Source: Aplysia californica (Eukaryota). Taken from it: a stretch of DNA of 64,000 nt. Of the stretch, positions 35,296-47,719 are shown one piece after another; within the stretch, counting starts at the first letter, position 1, and each line of letters opens with the position of its first letter. A program made the position numbers and the translations under genes. The stretch is from the NCBI RefSeq assembly GCF_000002075.1, contig NW_004798020.1, positions 44,550 to 108,549 of the forward strand, read 5' to 3'. The notes under the pieces are model-generated. The model did not search any database, had not been told where the DNA came from, and saw nothing but the letters and a program-made list of their open reading frames with translations.

Positions 35296-37227
35296 AAAGA
35301 TTTACCATGGTCATATTTCTTCATGTACATATTCCCATTATTCCATGCTAAAATCATTGTAAATTTATTTCATAAAAATTAGGATGCTTTCCTCATGAAA
35401 ATAATCTCAATAAATTTTTATCTTGTTTACTCTCCTGTGATATTTGTTCATATTGTCAATAGTTTGGGGGTTTTGTTCTCTTCTTTTGAGCCAACAAATA
35501 TGTTTTTAGTGAACCAGGGGTAACACACCAATGTAAGTGAACAGGCACCCACCTCAGAATACGGACGTCCTAGGTAGGAGTCCTTCCTGAAAATTTTTAA
35601 CTTTTGTTTAAAAAATAATAATAATAGACGGCATTTGTATAGTGCAAATCCCTGCTCAACAGCAAGCTGTATGCGCTTCACAATCTATACTTTACCCCAG
35701 CAGACCTGAGAGCATTCTGAAACAACCTCAACTTCCTGGGAAGCATCGTACAGTAGTGTAAGCGGCCATTTAGGCACTAAAACACTAACATACTGACAAG
35801 ATCTTTCACTATTAATTGCTGGGTTTTCACAAGCTTTGGTCCATTTTTGTGTTAGATGAGTAAGAAATTCAGCTCCACTCATTCTCTGGCAGGTGGTTGG
35901 AGGGTGTCACTGGTAGGTTCTACTTTTTTACTTTCCCTCTGTTGTTTTTGTCTGTCTATCTTACTTTTTCCCAGCACTAAATGGCCATAATTGTGTCGAT
36001 GTGCTTCTCTTTACTCAAACAAACAATCAATCTCATCCTATCCCTTGGACAATACAGTCTAAAACATACAGTGAAATCCGCTTAAACATGGGGTCTTTTG
36101 GGTCTAATTTCAAATTCTATGGATAGGACTGCGGGCGACTTTGAAGCCCTGATTGATAGGTATTGTAACGAGTTGTGTCCCATACCCCAAGATATACACC
36201 GTAATTTCAAGGGGGGGAGCTCTTTGACCTATGGCACAGAATCTACCATCATTTATATTTAAAATACAGTAAATGCAGTTTTTGCAGTTGTACCGGAAAG
36301 CAAAAAACTGAACGTTGCTACCAAGAAAACAAGCTGTCTGCAAACAATCAAAGTCATTATTTTCAAGAGAGCAATTTTGATAATAGCTCCCTTATTATCT
36401 TTAAAGCAAATGTTGTTTTTTTGGTGACAACGTTCTGTTTTTGTGGTTTTCCTGTACTTTAAAACATGACAGCAGAGTTGTAGAGAAGGCATATATATTC
36501 CAAGGAAAACAGAGAAATTCAGAGCCTATTCAGGTTCAGACTCCTAACTTTTGAGTTATGGTCAAGTTTTGTTACAGTTACACCATCGATCATTCCACAA
36601 AAACATGCTGCCTAACACGGTCTGTTTTTTCTGTATCTTGAAGGCAAGTTTTCTTTACACTATCCAAAAAAAACAACATGAATGCTGCTGCCAGCATTTG
36701 CCTCTTTTTTGTTTTGAGTAGAAGCCTTGTATGTCGGGAAAATTGAATGGAAAAGGTCACATACAGTAACACTTCACACCTGTGCAAATATACATGAAAT
36801 ACACGAACAAGAAACAAGGGTAGTTGACAAAACACAAATATATTGTCTTTGGTCAGTTGATCAATTATCCTTCGTTTACATGATAAGAAATTTCACATCG
36901 CATGGGTAATATTTAAGCCCAATTACTAATTTCTTGCATCAAACTCTACATAACAGTATCACGGTAAATAAACTGCTTAATATACATTAATGAAATACAG
37001 AAATAGGAAACCAGGATAGCACCAGTATACAAAATGTAAATGCCACTTTGTTTTGCCAGTAGCCTTCTTGAATTATTCTTGGCTTGCAAAGATATGAAAT
37101 TCTACATGACTTGGGCAATATATAGAAGAAGAACACAGGTTTCTTTCATGACCAAACTACATAAATGCAAATAATCAATCAATCACCAGTTTTTGAATAA
37201 TATTAACATCCTGTTTTAATATGGCAC

Positions 37228-38210
37228 ACAGTTCTTCTTTTATGAACTAAGAGATGCAAGCAGTCTTCTTTTGAAGGAAGATAAGAATGCATTAAGAGTA
37301 AAATATAACAAGTACGCAAGTTTAAGTAAGTAGGCCTACCTCGAAGTAACGATTACTGAGCAATCTTATCTCTGACATTCTCAGAACAAGTCCCAAATAT
37401 CTTCATTTTCTCCAGTGTGTGGTCCTCCTATTCATATCTTCTCTCCCAGCTCTTTCCAACACTTCACTATTTGAGACAAATTTGTTCCATTTTATAGATA
37501 AATTACTTCAAAAGTAGGTCTCACCTCAAATGAAGCGAGTTACTGTTACTTCATAAACAGTTCTTCTTTTATGAACTAAGAGATGCAAGCAGTCTTCTTT
37601 TGAAGATAAGATATGAATGCATTAAAAGAGTAAAATATAACAAGTACGCAAGTTCAAGTAAGTACCTAGAAGCAACGATTACTGAGCAATCTTATCTCTG
37701 ACATTCTCAAAACAAGTCCCAAATATATTCATTTTCTCCAGAGTGTGGTTCTATTGATATCTTCTATCCCAGCTCTTTTCAACACTTCGTTTTATTTGTG
37801 ACAAATTTATTCCATTTTATTGATAAAATACTTCAAATGTAGGTCTCACCTCAAATGAAGCGAGTTACTGTTACTTCATAAACAGTTCTTCTTTTATGAA
37901 CTAAGAGATGCAAGCAGTCTTCTTTTGAAGATAAGATATGAATGCATTAAAAGAGTAAAATATAACAAGTACGCAAGTTTAAGTAAGTACCTAGAAGCAA
38001 CGATTACTGAGCAATCTTATCTCTGACATTCTCAAAACAAGTCCCAAATATCTTCATTTTCTCCAGAGTGTGGTTCTATTGATATCTTCTATCCCAGCTC
38101 TTTCCAACACTTCGTTTTATTTTTGACAAATTTATTCCATTTTATTGATAAAATACTTCAAATGTAGGTCTCACCTCAAATGAAGCGAGTTACTGTTACT
38201 TCATAAACAG
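37228..38210. repeat. Tandem triplication of a ~327-bp unit in the methyltransferase 3'UTR
   Basis: Units start acagttcttcttttatgaactaagagatgcaagc at ~37228, ~37557 and ~37882. Confidence 0.92.
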
Positions 38211-38233
38211 TGTGACAACAAAAGACCGAGCAC

Positions 38234-41200
38234 CTACGATGGTAAATGAGCCATCAGCATAAACACTGGCCAGGAAATTCTTGTCTTGAATTCAGATGCC
38301 TCGTTTTCACTAACTCCAGCCAATTCTTGCATCCTTGGTTGAAAAAGACACAGAACCGCGAAAATTTCATTACAAGCAAAAGTATGCAAAACACAAGTCC
38401 AAATTACAAAATTGATCTTTGAAAAAAAGAAATGGTCGCAAGTTTGAATAAATCAGAGTCGTCTTAGTACTATTTTTTTTTCTCAGTGAAACAAGTTCAA
38501 CAGAGAACATTTAAAAACATTTACACATGTGAAACGATTTCCATTCCAAAAATATTATCTGAACCGATTAAAGTGACTTTTACATAATAATAATAATTGC
38601 ATTTAAATTGCGCATATCCATGCTCAAGAGCATGCTCTATGCGCTTTACAACTATTATCACCCCAGCAGACCCTCTGAGAACACTCAGACACATTCTCGG
38701 CTTCCGCAGAACCATACAGTGTGTCCTAAAAGGATGTAATGACAACAATAATGCTTCTCTGAAATCCGTCTCACTTCTGAGCTGCAACAGGTTTTTCCTC
38801 CTTTAGCTTGAACCCCATTCCCCTCCTCCTTCCTTTATAAAATTTGCACCAAAATGGATTGTGACGTAGAAAAATGGAGGAGGAAAGAATGAAAAATTGG
38901 ACTTCACAGTGTTCAACATTGTCTCACTCTCACTGCACATCAAGTACAAGTACCTACCTTGCCCTGACCTCTCCTACGAGGTTGTTCCCAGGATGAGCCA
39001 TGTTGTACTTGTGGTACGCTGACCACGAACCCATGTAGCCAATCAGATCTTCTAGACCAACTTCCTTGACAAGGGAGAGACTGTCATCCCTGGGAGATTC
39101 ACACACACAGCACAAAAAGTTAACTAAAGAAAATAAGAAAAGTTCTGTTAAACACACAGATTTATGACTATCTTAATATTAGTAATAATAAATGACATTT
39201 GTGTAGTGCTCAACCCCGATTATAAAGTACACAGGCTCTGAGCGCTTTATAGTACAATACAATGTACAACAGTAACATAAAACGTGTTCTGACTAAAAGA
39301 AAACCACTCCAAATATTCATCTTATTAATTTAAAAACAGTTTAAACAGAAATGACAATCTTTTCACCATGATGGCAAGATACAAATTTCATATTATATAT
39401 ATATATAAGAATAGCACAGAGGTTAAAAAAAAAGGGGGGGGGGGGGGAGTGCCAAGAAGCAGATTATATTCAGTAAAGATGAAAAATATGTTCATAGAGT
39501 AAATCATACTTTAACTCTTTATCCCCAAGCGGGGTGAACCCACAATGGCGGGGCACTCTTTTGGTACGAAAAGTGACGTATATGACACTTAATTGGTTAC
39601 TAAGTCAAAATAAGTGAACCTATTTTGATAGTTCTTCATCTAATGAATGAATTCCCCGTAAAGAGACCTGTTTTTGGCAATTGCCAAAAAGTAATTTGAT
39701 GCCAGTCATCGTAAAGGAATGTGAAACAGCTGCTGCCAGCGACTCACCAGCACAGTGGTTCCAACCGCAAGCCAATGGGAGCAGCTTGCCGAAGCTAAGG
39801 AGTTAAAACACCCGCCAGCCACCCTGTAGGTACTCACCTTCTCCACCCAGGGTAGGGTAATGAGACTGTCCGGTACTTCTCCTCCACCATTTTGCGCCCT
39901 CCTACCCAGTACGGACCTAGAACCTCTCCATAGATCTTAGAGGCCACAAGTAAAAGAAGACAAGAAAAGATCACCATCAAGACTAGAGTCACATTGTGAT
40001 ATCAGTTCTGCATGCAGTTTCAAATAAGACTCAAAACATTCATTATTGTCCTGTTCTTAACCCTTTGAGTCCTGACCTCCTGATAGTCGAACACAGAAGA
40101 ATCACGCATTCGTCGAACTGTACCTGCGGTCCCAGGTTTTTTTGGTTTTTCTTTATCTTTGTAAGACATCCCTCGAACTACGAATCCCTCGAATTACCGA
40201 GGCCAGTCCCGACGAATTGGAACTATCCGTGTTATACTGCATTTCAGTACATGCTAGAATGGTTACACTTTTCAATGTCTTCTTAAAAAACTTTAAATAA
40301 CATAGCAAATATTAGCCCCCCCCCCTCCCCACCCACCCCCTTTATTCACCACAGAGTGACAGTATAAACCACCGAGAGTTTTTCTCTATAAAATTTATTC
40401 TGACTTTGTTCTGAGCATCAGCAAAATAGCAAATTAGCACAAATTAAACCAACAATGAGCAAAAAGAAGAAATAGTAGTCGCAGCATTCATCAGAAAAAT
40501 AAAAAATTTCCACTTCAGAATTCAAACTGACTCACGTTTTGCAAAAAAAAAAAGAAAAAAAAAGCCAACTTACATGGTAAAAATATTGAAAGACTTTCTG
40601 GTGGGAGAGTTCCCACAACCCGTAGCCGTACACAACCAACGATCCGCCGGGTTTCACAGTTCGTTCCACTTCTTTAAAAAACCTGTGTAGTAAACAGAAC
40701 AGACTGTCACAATCATCATTATCATCCAGTGCCAGATCTGCGACAGACATCGGCGATCATGGTTTTCCATTCATTCCTTTGCTCGGATGCTCTCAAAAAA
40801 GCTACGTTTCCCTAATCTTTCCCTGTTACCCATTTGTTCAGGTTCCCTAAGTATGTTGTTGTGGGCCTACCCCTGCCTCGCTTGTCCTCAGTTTTGCCAG
40901 TGAGAGCTAGATGTTCAAGACCCTTATGTCTATTCAGGTGTCACAATATTCCCACAATATATTTATAACACATTAACGTAGAAAACATGACAGCTTATTG
41001 ATAAGAATTCCTAACCTCCCTTAAAAAAATTTTTTTTTTTTAAACAGTAACTGCACCAATACAAAAAAGGTGGAGTTGGAATTTCAGTAGTTACTATGAC
41101 TAAATTTTAATTTACAGGATCTCAAAGACTCTGAAAGTACCGGTATTCTTAAAAAGGCTTACACTTTTAAACTTTTGCTCCAATAAGAAATGCAACTGAC

Positions 41201-44200
41201 ATGACAGAATGTAGGAAGGTGTTGAAAGCATAAAATCTAACATGGTAGCGTTGGGCCCATGCACATGAGCCAGGAGGAGAGATGTGATGCTGTAACTTTA
41301 ACTGTTACACTCAGCCATATTTAATAGTGTTTGAGAGAGGGATAAGATAAGATAAGATACATCTTTATTGTTCAGATCCTGGCACATTGGTTTGGTGTTT
41401 CACCACATACGTACGCACACACACAGATACACACACACATACACACAATCATGCACAGACACGAATATATATGCAGGCACATGTGCACACCCATACACAC
41501 ACACACACACATACACACACACACATGGAGGAGGCCTGGACGAGCTGGCAGCAAACATCTACGCACGGCATGTGAGCATGCTTACGGCATAACATCTAGG
41601 AGTCTAGGCATTCATGTGAGCACCGTCAGAACAGGTCGGTCACTTACTACGAGATTTTCTTTTCACTCCAGCATCTGTTCCTATCACACAGTGAAAAACA
41701 GGCAAAGCATCAGCACTGCCCTTGCAATAAATTTCAACTAAAAATAAACAAAGGCGGAAACCATGAGAGTTTGGCACCCTTTGACACTGTAATAATCGAT
41801 GACAAGAAGTGTTATATATGTACACATACCTTACTTTTACCAAGTGTTACTGTTTTATTAAGTTCACAATTTATTATAAGCAAAAAATGCAAGTTCATTG
41901 AAAAGAAAAGCCATTAACACGACTTAGAAACTCAAAACACAACTCATTTCTTTGATTCTGACAAAATTGTAGCTGGCTAGGCTTATTATATAATGATAAT
42001 AATACATGGCATAGCGCATTCCGATAGGTTAAAATGCTCAATGCGCTATACAAGTAGGCCTACAAGATATATTAATAAATTATAATGGCTTAAAAGTACA
42101 GACAATAAAGTAAATTATGACTTACTTTGACTGGTCTACCCAGTGGAAAGCTTGGGCTATGGTCACCAGATCAAGAGAGCCGTTCTCATAAGCACTCAAA
42201 TCTTCGGCTCGAGACACACGGAAAGACAAGTTGCTCACATCGGTCGGGGCTCTCGCAATCTGCTGCTCACTCACATCCATGCCTACCACCTAATATAAGG
42301 ACACAATGATATACTGTTGAAACTGTCCAAGGTGATCATCCAATGACAAAGAGCTAAGTGGACATACTCGATAAATGGCCCTCTTACACAGTGACATTAT
42401 AATATAAATAAAATGTAAGGGAGTGAATGGGAAGTGGCCATTTCTGTAGGTGATTGTCTCATACTTATACTGGTGGCACGCACGTACACACACATATATG
42501 CACGCATGCACGCACATGTGAGGTGCATTGTGGTGAAATCAGATGCTTGGAAAGATAACAAAATCGAAGATATCTGCATTTTTCTGCCAGTTTGACCTTT
42601 TTTTTTTCAAATTTTGTTTTGTTGTTTGGCTCAAAACTTTTATGTCTATTTAAAAACATATACATTTCTGTCTGGGTGGATTTTTACTGAAAAATGATTA
42701 AAAAGGAACAATGTTTTTCAGTTTCTGAGGACTCTCAAGCTTTGGAAATTTCAGTACATTTGTAATCGTAAAACGAATTGAGAACTCTCCAAGAAAAACT
42801 GTGTTGTTAGATATGAATGCAAACTATTATTAGAATCATTATTCTATTTTACTTGGATTTACTTGGATCCAGAGCTAGAATCATAGCAGGCGGCACATGT
42901 CCATGGCTGCTCATCTCTCCTTTCCAGCATCCACCTCAGGGTCTTCCTGCTAATTGTCTCCATGAGGAGTTGGTTTGAGACACGCCTGACCACTCCTTGG
43001 AGCAAACTTTTTTTCGCTGTGCCCCGCACACACTTTTCTTTTATTGTGCTGAGTGTGTGGGAGTCTGTCTCCTCTTGGTTGTGAAGGCTCTCCTTGCATC
43101 TGGCGATCACCATTGGTGAGTCGAGCATGATTCGGCCATTGGGTGATGCTTTGCCGGCAAGTTCATCAGCACGCTCATTTCCGTGCACCCCGGCGTGACC
43201 AAGGCAGAACACCCATGTAATTCTTAGGAGGTGGCTATTTGCAATGGAAGCTCTCCAGTCACTGTAGAGCCACCCACTCCTGATTTTTTATTGGGTGCTC
43301 ATCGAGTCTGTGACAAACAGGGCATGTTTATACACTTCCACGTTGATCCATTCCAGTGCCTCTGTTATTGCCTTGACCTCCATTGCCATGCTCGACGTAG
43401 TGCACTCGTAGGCTCCACTATTCTATTATTACAGTGAAACTTGCATGTAGAACTATAACAAAGTTGTCATGCTTGACTATCAAATTTGTAGAATTGAGAG
43501 TAAGTTATAAGAACACTTGTGGCTAGTGAGAGCATTTTTTACTGATAGCATAAGGGGCATCTGTTCTGAGAGTATTAGTACAGTGCGAGTCAAAGAGTGC
43601 GAGTACAAAGGGAAAGAATCTATGAAGCCCAAAAAAACTTGCTTTCATGAGTGGTTGCTTCCCTTGGCACAGCCCCTGAATAACAGGGTCAGGCTTGAGC
43701 AACATTAATAAATTTATACTTTTTGCTTTTTCATGTTGACGATTAGTTAATCTCACCAGAACAAAAAGTTCTTTGTAAAAACCTGAAAGCACACGTCACG
43801 TTCATTGTCTCTCCAGTTTATACATTTCTTGGTCCCCAACTGCCCTTATCATATCTTTGTCTTTCAAAAAAGTTGACAGGGAGCTTAGAACAGTGCGGTA
43901 TTCACCACAAAATATGCTGTCTACCACACATATACATGAAGTAAGTGTGCTGGCCACCCACCCAAACTCTCCCGGACCAGCAAAGGGCCAGACAAATATC
44001 TTGCAAGAGTGTCCTCAGCACATGTGCTGGATGTGGCAAAAGGCCTCCAATTGGTCGCATAAGACGGCGATGTATCTCTGATTTCGGTCAGTCGTAGTGT
44101 AGGCCTACAGTGTATTATATCCACCATTGTTGTTGTTATCGATCCAACAACAGCTGAGCTCTCGCCCTTCTGTCCAATGTCATGTAGTGATAAGTGTAGG

Positions 44201-45188
44201 TTTGCTGCAGTTGCTGTGTTGCTGTAATGTTTCATAGAGTGTGTTGTCAATGTTAGGTCTCGGAGGGAGAAGTGTATCTCTGATGTCATTAAGTGGGCTG
44301 TGCAGTGGAACATGTGATGATCCACAGTCTCATATAGTCACACAAAGAATGTGTTGGGGGAAGTTCTTGTATTATACTGTATGATACCCAATAAATGTGC
44401 AAGAATCCACAGTGCATGGCGAAAAATGGTCTCTTGGAATAATAGACACGGTTCCTTGTTGGAGAAAAATGTTCAAAAGTCACATCACCATGGGATGTTT
44501 GTTCGGTTTAAGTCTGATTTTATGGGTTTTTAAAAATAAAAAAACCCTGGTGAATCCTTATTTTGTTGAGTCCAAGTTCTTTGTATCCAAATTTCACTGC
44601 ATTTTGTTGTTATCATCATTATTGTTATTTTAAACACCACTGCTATTAAGTTATCATTGTTATCACTTGTACATTATTATTATTGTCAATACTATTAGAT
44701 CTATGTCATTATTGCGCTAGCAAAATGGTACATCTCATTTTTGCTACTTTTGAGATAAATGAAAAAAAACTGTTTAACTAATCTATTTATCATATATAAA
44801 GGTAAAACTTGCCATGCATGGTTTTTTTAATGACAGCCAGCGTATTTCTGTTCTGGTTGGGTCAAAAGATCTAGTACGGAATAGTACCATAAAACAAATA
44901 TAATAAGACTAATTGCATTTTGTCACAACTCTGAGTTATACCATTTTGTTAGCACAGTGACGATATTATATCAGTCCTTTTCTTACTTCTTACCTTCCTG
45001 AAATACTTAGTTAGAGGTAGGGTGCTCTGTCCTGATCCACATCCTAAGTCGACAGCTGTGTCAAAACTGCTGGAAGTTTCTGCACAAAACTCTTTTATTG
45101 TCTCGAACACTTCATCGCTGTACACTGGCCTGAACTTGGCATACAGATCTGTCTGCTTTTCCCCAGTAAACAACTGGGCTGTGGACAT
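38234..45188 (-). CDS. Class I SAM-dependent methyltransferase (Methyltransf_11; DDB_G0268948/trans-aconitate MTase-like), ~265 aa. Exons 45188-44994, 42289-42126, 40682-40574, 39935-39838, 39089-38958, 38333-38234
   Basis: YAKFRPVY, motif I AVDLGCGSGQST, VVGMDVSEQQI, DLVTIAQAFHWVD, VKPGGSL, GYMGSWSAY, SWPVFML. All junctions in frame (798 nt). Confidence 0.9.
39515..39801. mobile_element. piggyBac-like MITE (TTAA-flanked)
   Basis: ttaa|ctcttt ... taaggag|ttaa. Confidence 0.45.
40080..40240. mobile_element. MITE family C fragment (same family nested at 45870-46046)
   Basis: Shared cgtcgaactg..cctgcggt..cctcgaactacg.atccct..gtcccgac.aatt.ga.ctatcc.tgttata. Confidence 0.7.
40711..40945 (-). 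mobile_element. RTE-clade LINE 3' end
   Basis: Minus-strand translation HLNRHKGLEHLALTGKTEDKRGRGRPTTTY..RASEQRNEWKTMIADV, followed by a (tga)n tail. Confidence 0.8.
42515..42752. mobile_element. MITE family A, partial copy
   Basis: catgtgaggtgcattgtggtgaaatcagatgct...gactctcaagctttgg. Confidence 0.65.
42849..43418 (-). mobile_element. 5'-truncated non-LTR retrotransposon with a C-terminal RNase H domain (Ingi/I-group-like)
   Basis: TTSSMAMEVKAITEALEW..FVTDSMSTQ*KI..ITWVFCLGHAGVHGNERADELA (RNase H E/D/H/D residues, one in-frame stop). 3' tail is 2x tccaagtaaa. TSD tattctatt at 42840-42848 and 43419-43427. Confidence 0.85.
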
Positions 45189-45526
45189 TTTCGCCACAGA
45201 AAACTTTGTGACTTCTCTTTGAAGTTGGCGGTGGAGTTGATTGAGGAAGCATCCCCTGCCAATTAAGGCACAAACTTCAATCTGAAGAGGACAAAGAGAA
45301 ACTGACAGTCATTTCAAAACGAACCAACTATAACTTCCTTTTATGGTTTACCCTCACCCTTATCCAATAACCCAAATCCAGCAAATGTGAACAAAACGTG
45401 CAGAACTTGAAGATTGTAACATGACACCACAATCTTATCCAATCCAACCACTTGAGGATTCATGACCACAGATTAGCAAAGACACTCGATACTAAGTTAC
45501 TACATTATGAAGTATAGGGGGCGGGT

Positions 45527-46043
45527 TATGAGAGGGAGCGTGGTGAAATCAGGCGCTCGTCAAAACAATGAAATCAAAGAAACCAGCATTTTTCTGTGCG
45601 TTGGGAAATTTAAAAAAATTAATTTTCTTTTGCAGTCCCAACACCTTTTATATATTCTTTAAATGCATTTCTGTGTGGATGTTACTGAAAAAATGTTAAT
45701 TACAGGCACATAACATGTAAATGTCCAGTTTCTAAGGACGCTGAAGCTTCCCAAGTCACCAGACTTTGGTGGCCATTTTCTTGCTAATTTCATCTCTCAT
45801 CTCAATCTCAGGTGACTTAACCACCATCTTTAATCGTATAGCACAACTTCTATTCAAGCTCAAGATAGAATACGGTTACACGGATAGGTCACCACAGAAG
45901 ACTCGAAATCATGCTTCCGTCGAACTGCGCCTGCGGTTCCCGGGGGGGGTGTTTTCTTGATCTTTTTAAGCTCATTATATCCCTCGAACTACGGATCCCT
46001 TGAACTACTGATGTCGGTCCCGACAAATTCGAGCTATCCATGT

Positions 46044-46076
<33 letters not shown>

Positions 46077-46195
46077 GGGAATTTTTTTCCGCAAAAATGC
46101 AACACAAATGAACAAATTTCAAGATGATATTAAATTAATAACTCTATATATGCCCAAAAATTTACAAGCGCCTGATTCCGCCACGTTGTGTCACT
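45527..46195. mobile_element. MITE family A copy with a nested family C MITE (~45870-46046)
   Basis: Both family A ends are present but ~250 bp further apart than usual; the insert matches 40080-40240. Confidence 0.7.
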
Positions 46196-47227
46196 TAATT
46201 GATGCAGAAATATGATTTCAAATGAGAGTTTTAGCGTAGTCGGCTTCTGATACCATGTACCTTTGGAAAGGTGATAATGAGCCTTAGGAAACAAATTCAA
46301 CAAGTCAGGACATATATTATTCCCTTCTCTGATCTACCCGCTCTTTCAGAAGACGTCTCAACTTTTAACTCCGTTTGAAACGGAAAACACCTTGCCTGCT
46401 CTGATTTGAAACAAAAAAAACTCCCCAAGTTTAGCATGTTCCCTGTCAGCTCTACTCTTTACACCATTAAAGTAGATGTTTCCGGTATATCCAAGCCAGC
46501 AGTAAGTGTTAAGTGTTGCAGAATGGTGTGAAATCTCACAAGTGCCTATGTACTTGTTGCGGAACACAGCACTACACCACAAGTTAAAACGACACTATAA
46601 AATGATAAGAGAAAATTCTTACCGTGGATGATGAGTATTTTAATTTCAATAAGTGTAGTGCATCGTATATTTCCCGAAGTGAGTAGACCAAGGCTCTGTC
46701 CCCTACTCTCTCTCGTCCGATTGTCCCACTGAAGGCCGCGATAGACCGATTATATATATACACTTCTCGTGAACTATCCTAAGCGGGATCCCCTCACAGA
46801 ACGAGATCCCCGCGTTTCTCCGCACGAGAACCCGCGCCCCGAGTAAATCTCATTACTTGTGTCCACAACAGTACTGTGAAACTGAAAGTGCTCGAATAGC
46901 ACTCCAGCCAAGGAACTTTCCTTGGAAGCTATATGTAGAAATGTGAAATTAATTTGACCAAAGCCTGTCTCCCTGAGCAAACAGCCAGCAGAGAAAAAAT
47001 CCCTTAAATATCATTGTTAAATGTACACAGGAGAGGTTAATTGTGCTTATTTCATCGATGGGTGAGTCTAAGAGTGGAAACAAAAGATGATGTTCCATCT
47101 TATAGTTTCTGTTTTTAATACATCAGTCAAACAGTAGTGAGATATATATGCAAGCACTGCCATAATGGATTATAAGACTGACACATATGCATTAGCAAGG
47201 ATGGTTTAGTTTAGTTTTAGTAATATG

Positions 47228-47414
47228 AGGTGCCCGTTGCGGATGGGATCGGGTCGGGTCCGGGGGTGATCGCCCCACTCATCACCAGAAAACAAACACG
47301 TTTGTTTTTGAGTCAGCGAGATCGGCTTGCCATGATTATAGCCGCTTTGCACCCTCAATATATATCTGGCTAGCAAACCGCCCCGACCAGACCCGATCCC
47401 CCAATGGGCACCCC
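47228..47414. mobile_element. Small MITE with GC-rich TIRs (PIF/Harbinger-like)
   Basis: ggtgcccgttgcggatgggatcgggtc ... gacccgatcccccaatgggcacc. Confidence 0.55.
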
Positions 47415-47719
47415 ATATAAGAGTTTTACAGCACTTGCAACATGACAATAGGTCATATTTATGTGCCGAAGATTAGCAAGGTGTTACAAGAGAGTAATAA
47501 ACACACAAAAAAAGGGAGATCAAATGAGGATGACAGTATATCATATTGGATAGGAAAGAAAGAGCTGACCACATAAGAGCACCTGCCTACCACCGACTCA
47601 GCAAACCAGAGGTGTAGTTTTTACCACTGAAACCAGCTAGACTACCAGCCCCCCTGAAGCCTCCCATGCACTGACAGGGGGTAAGCCCCCCTGCTTTAAC
47701 CCCCCCACACTGTTATGGC

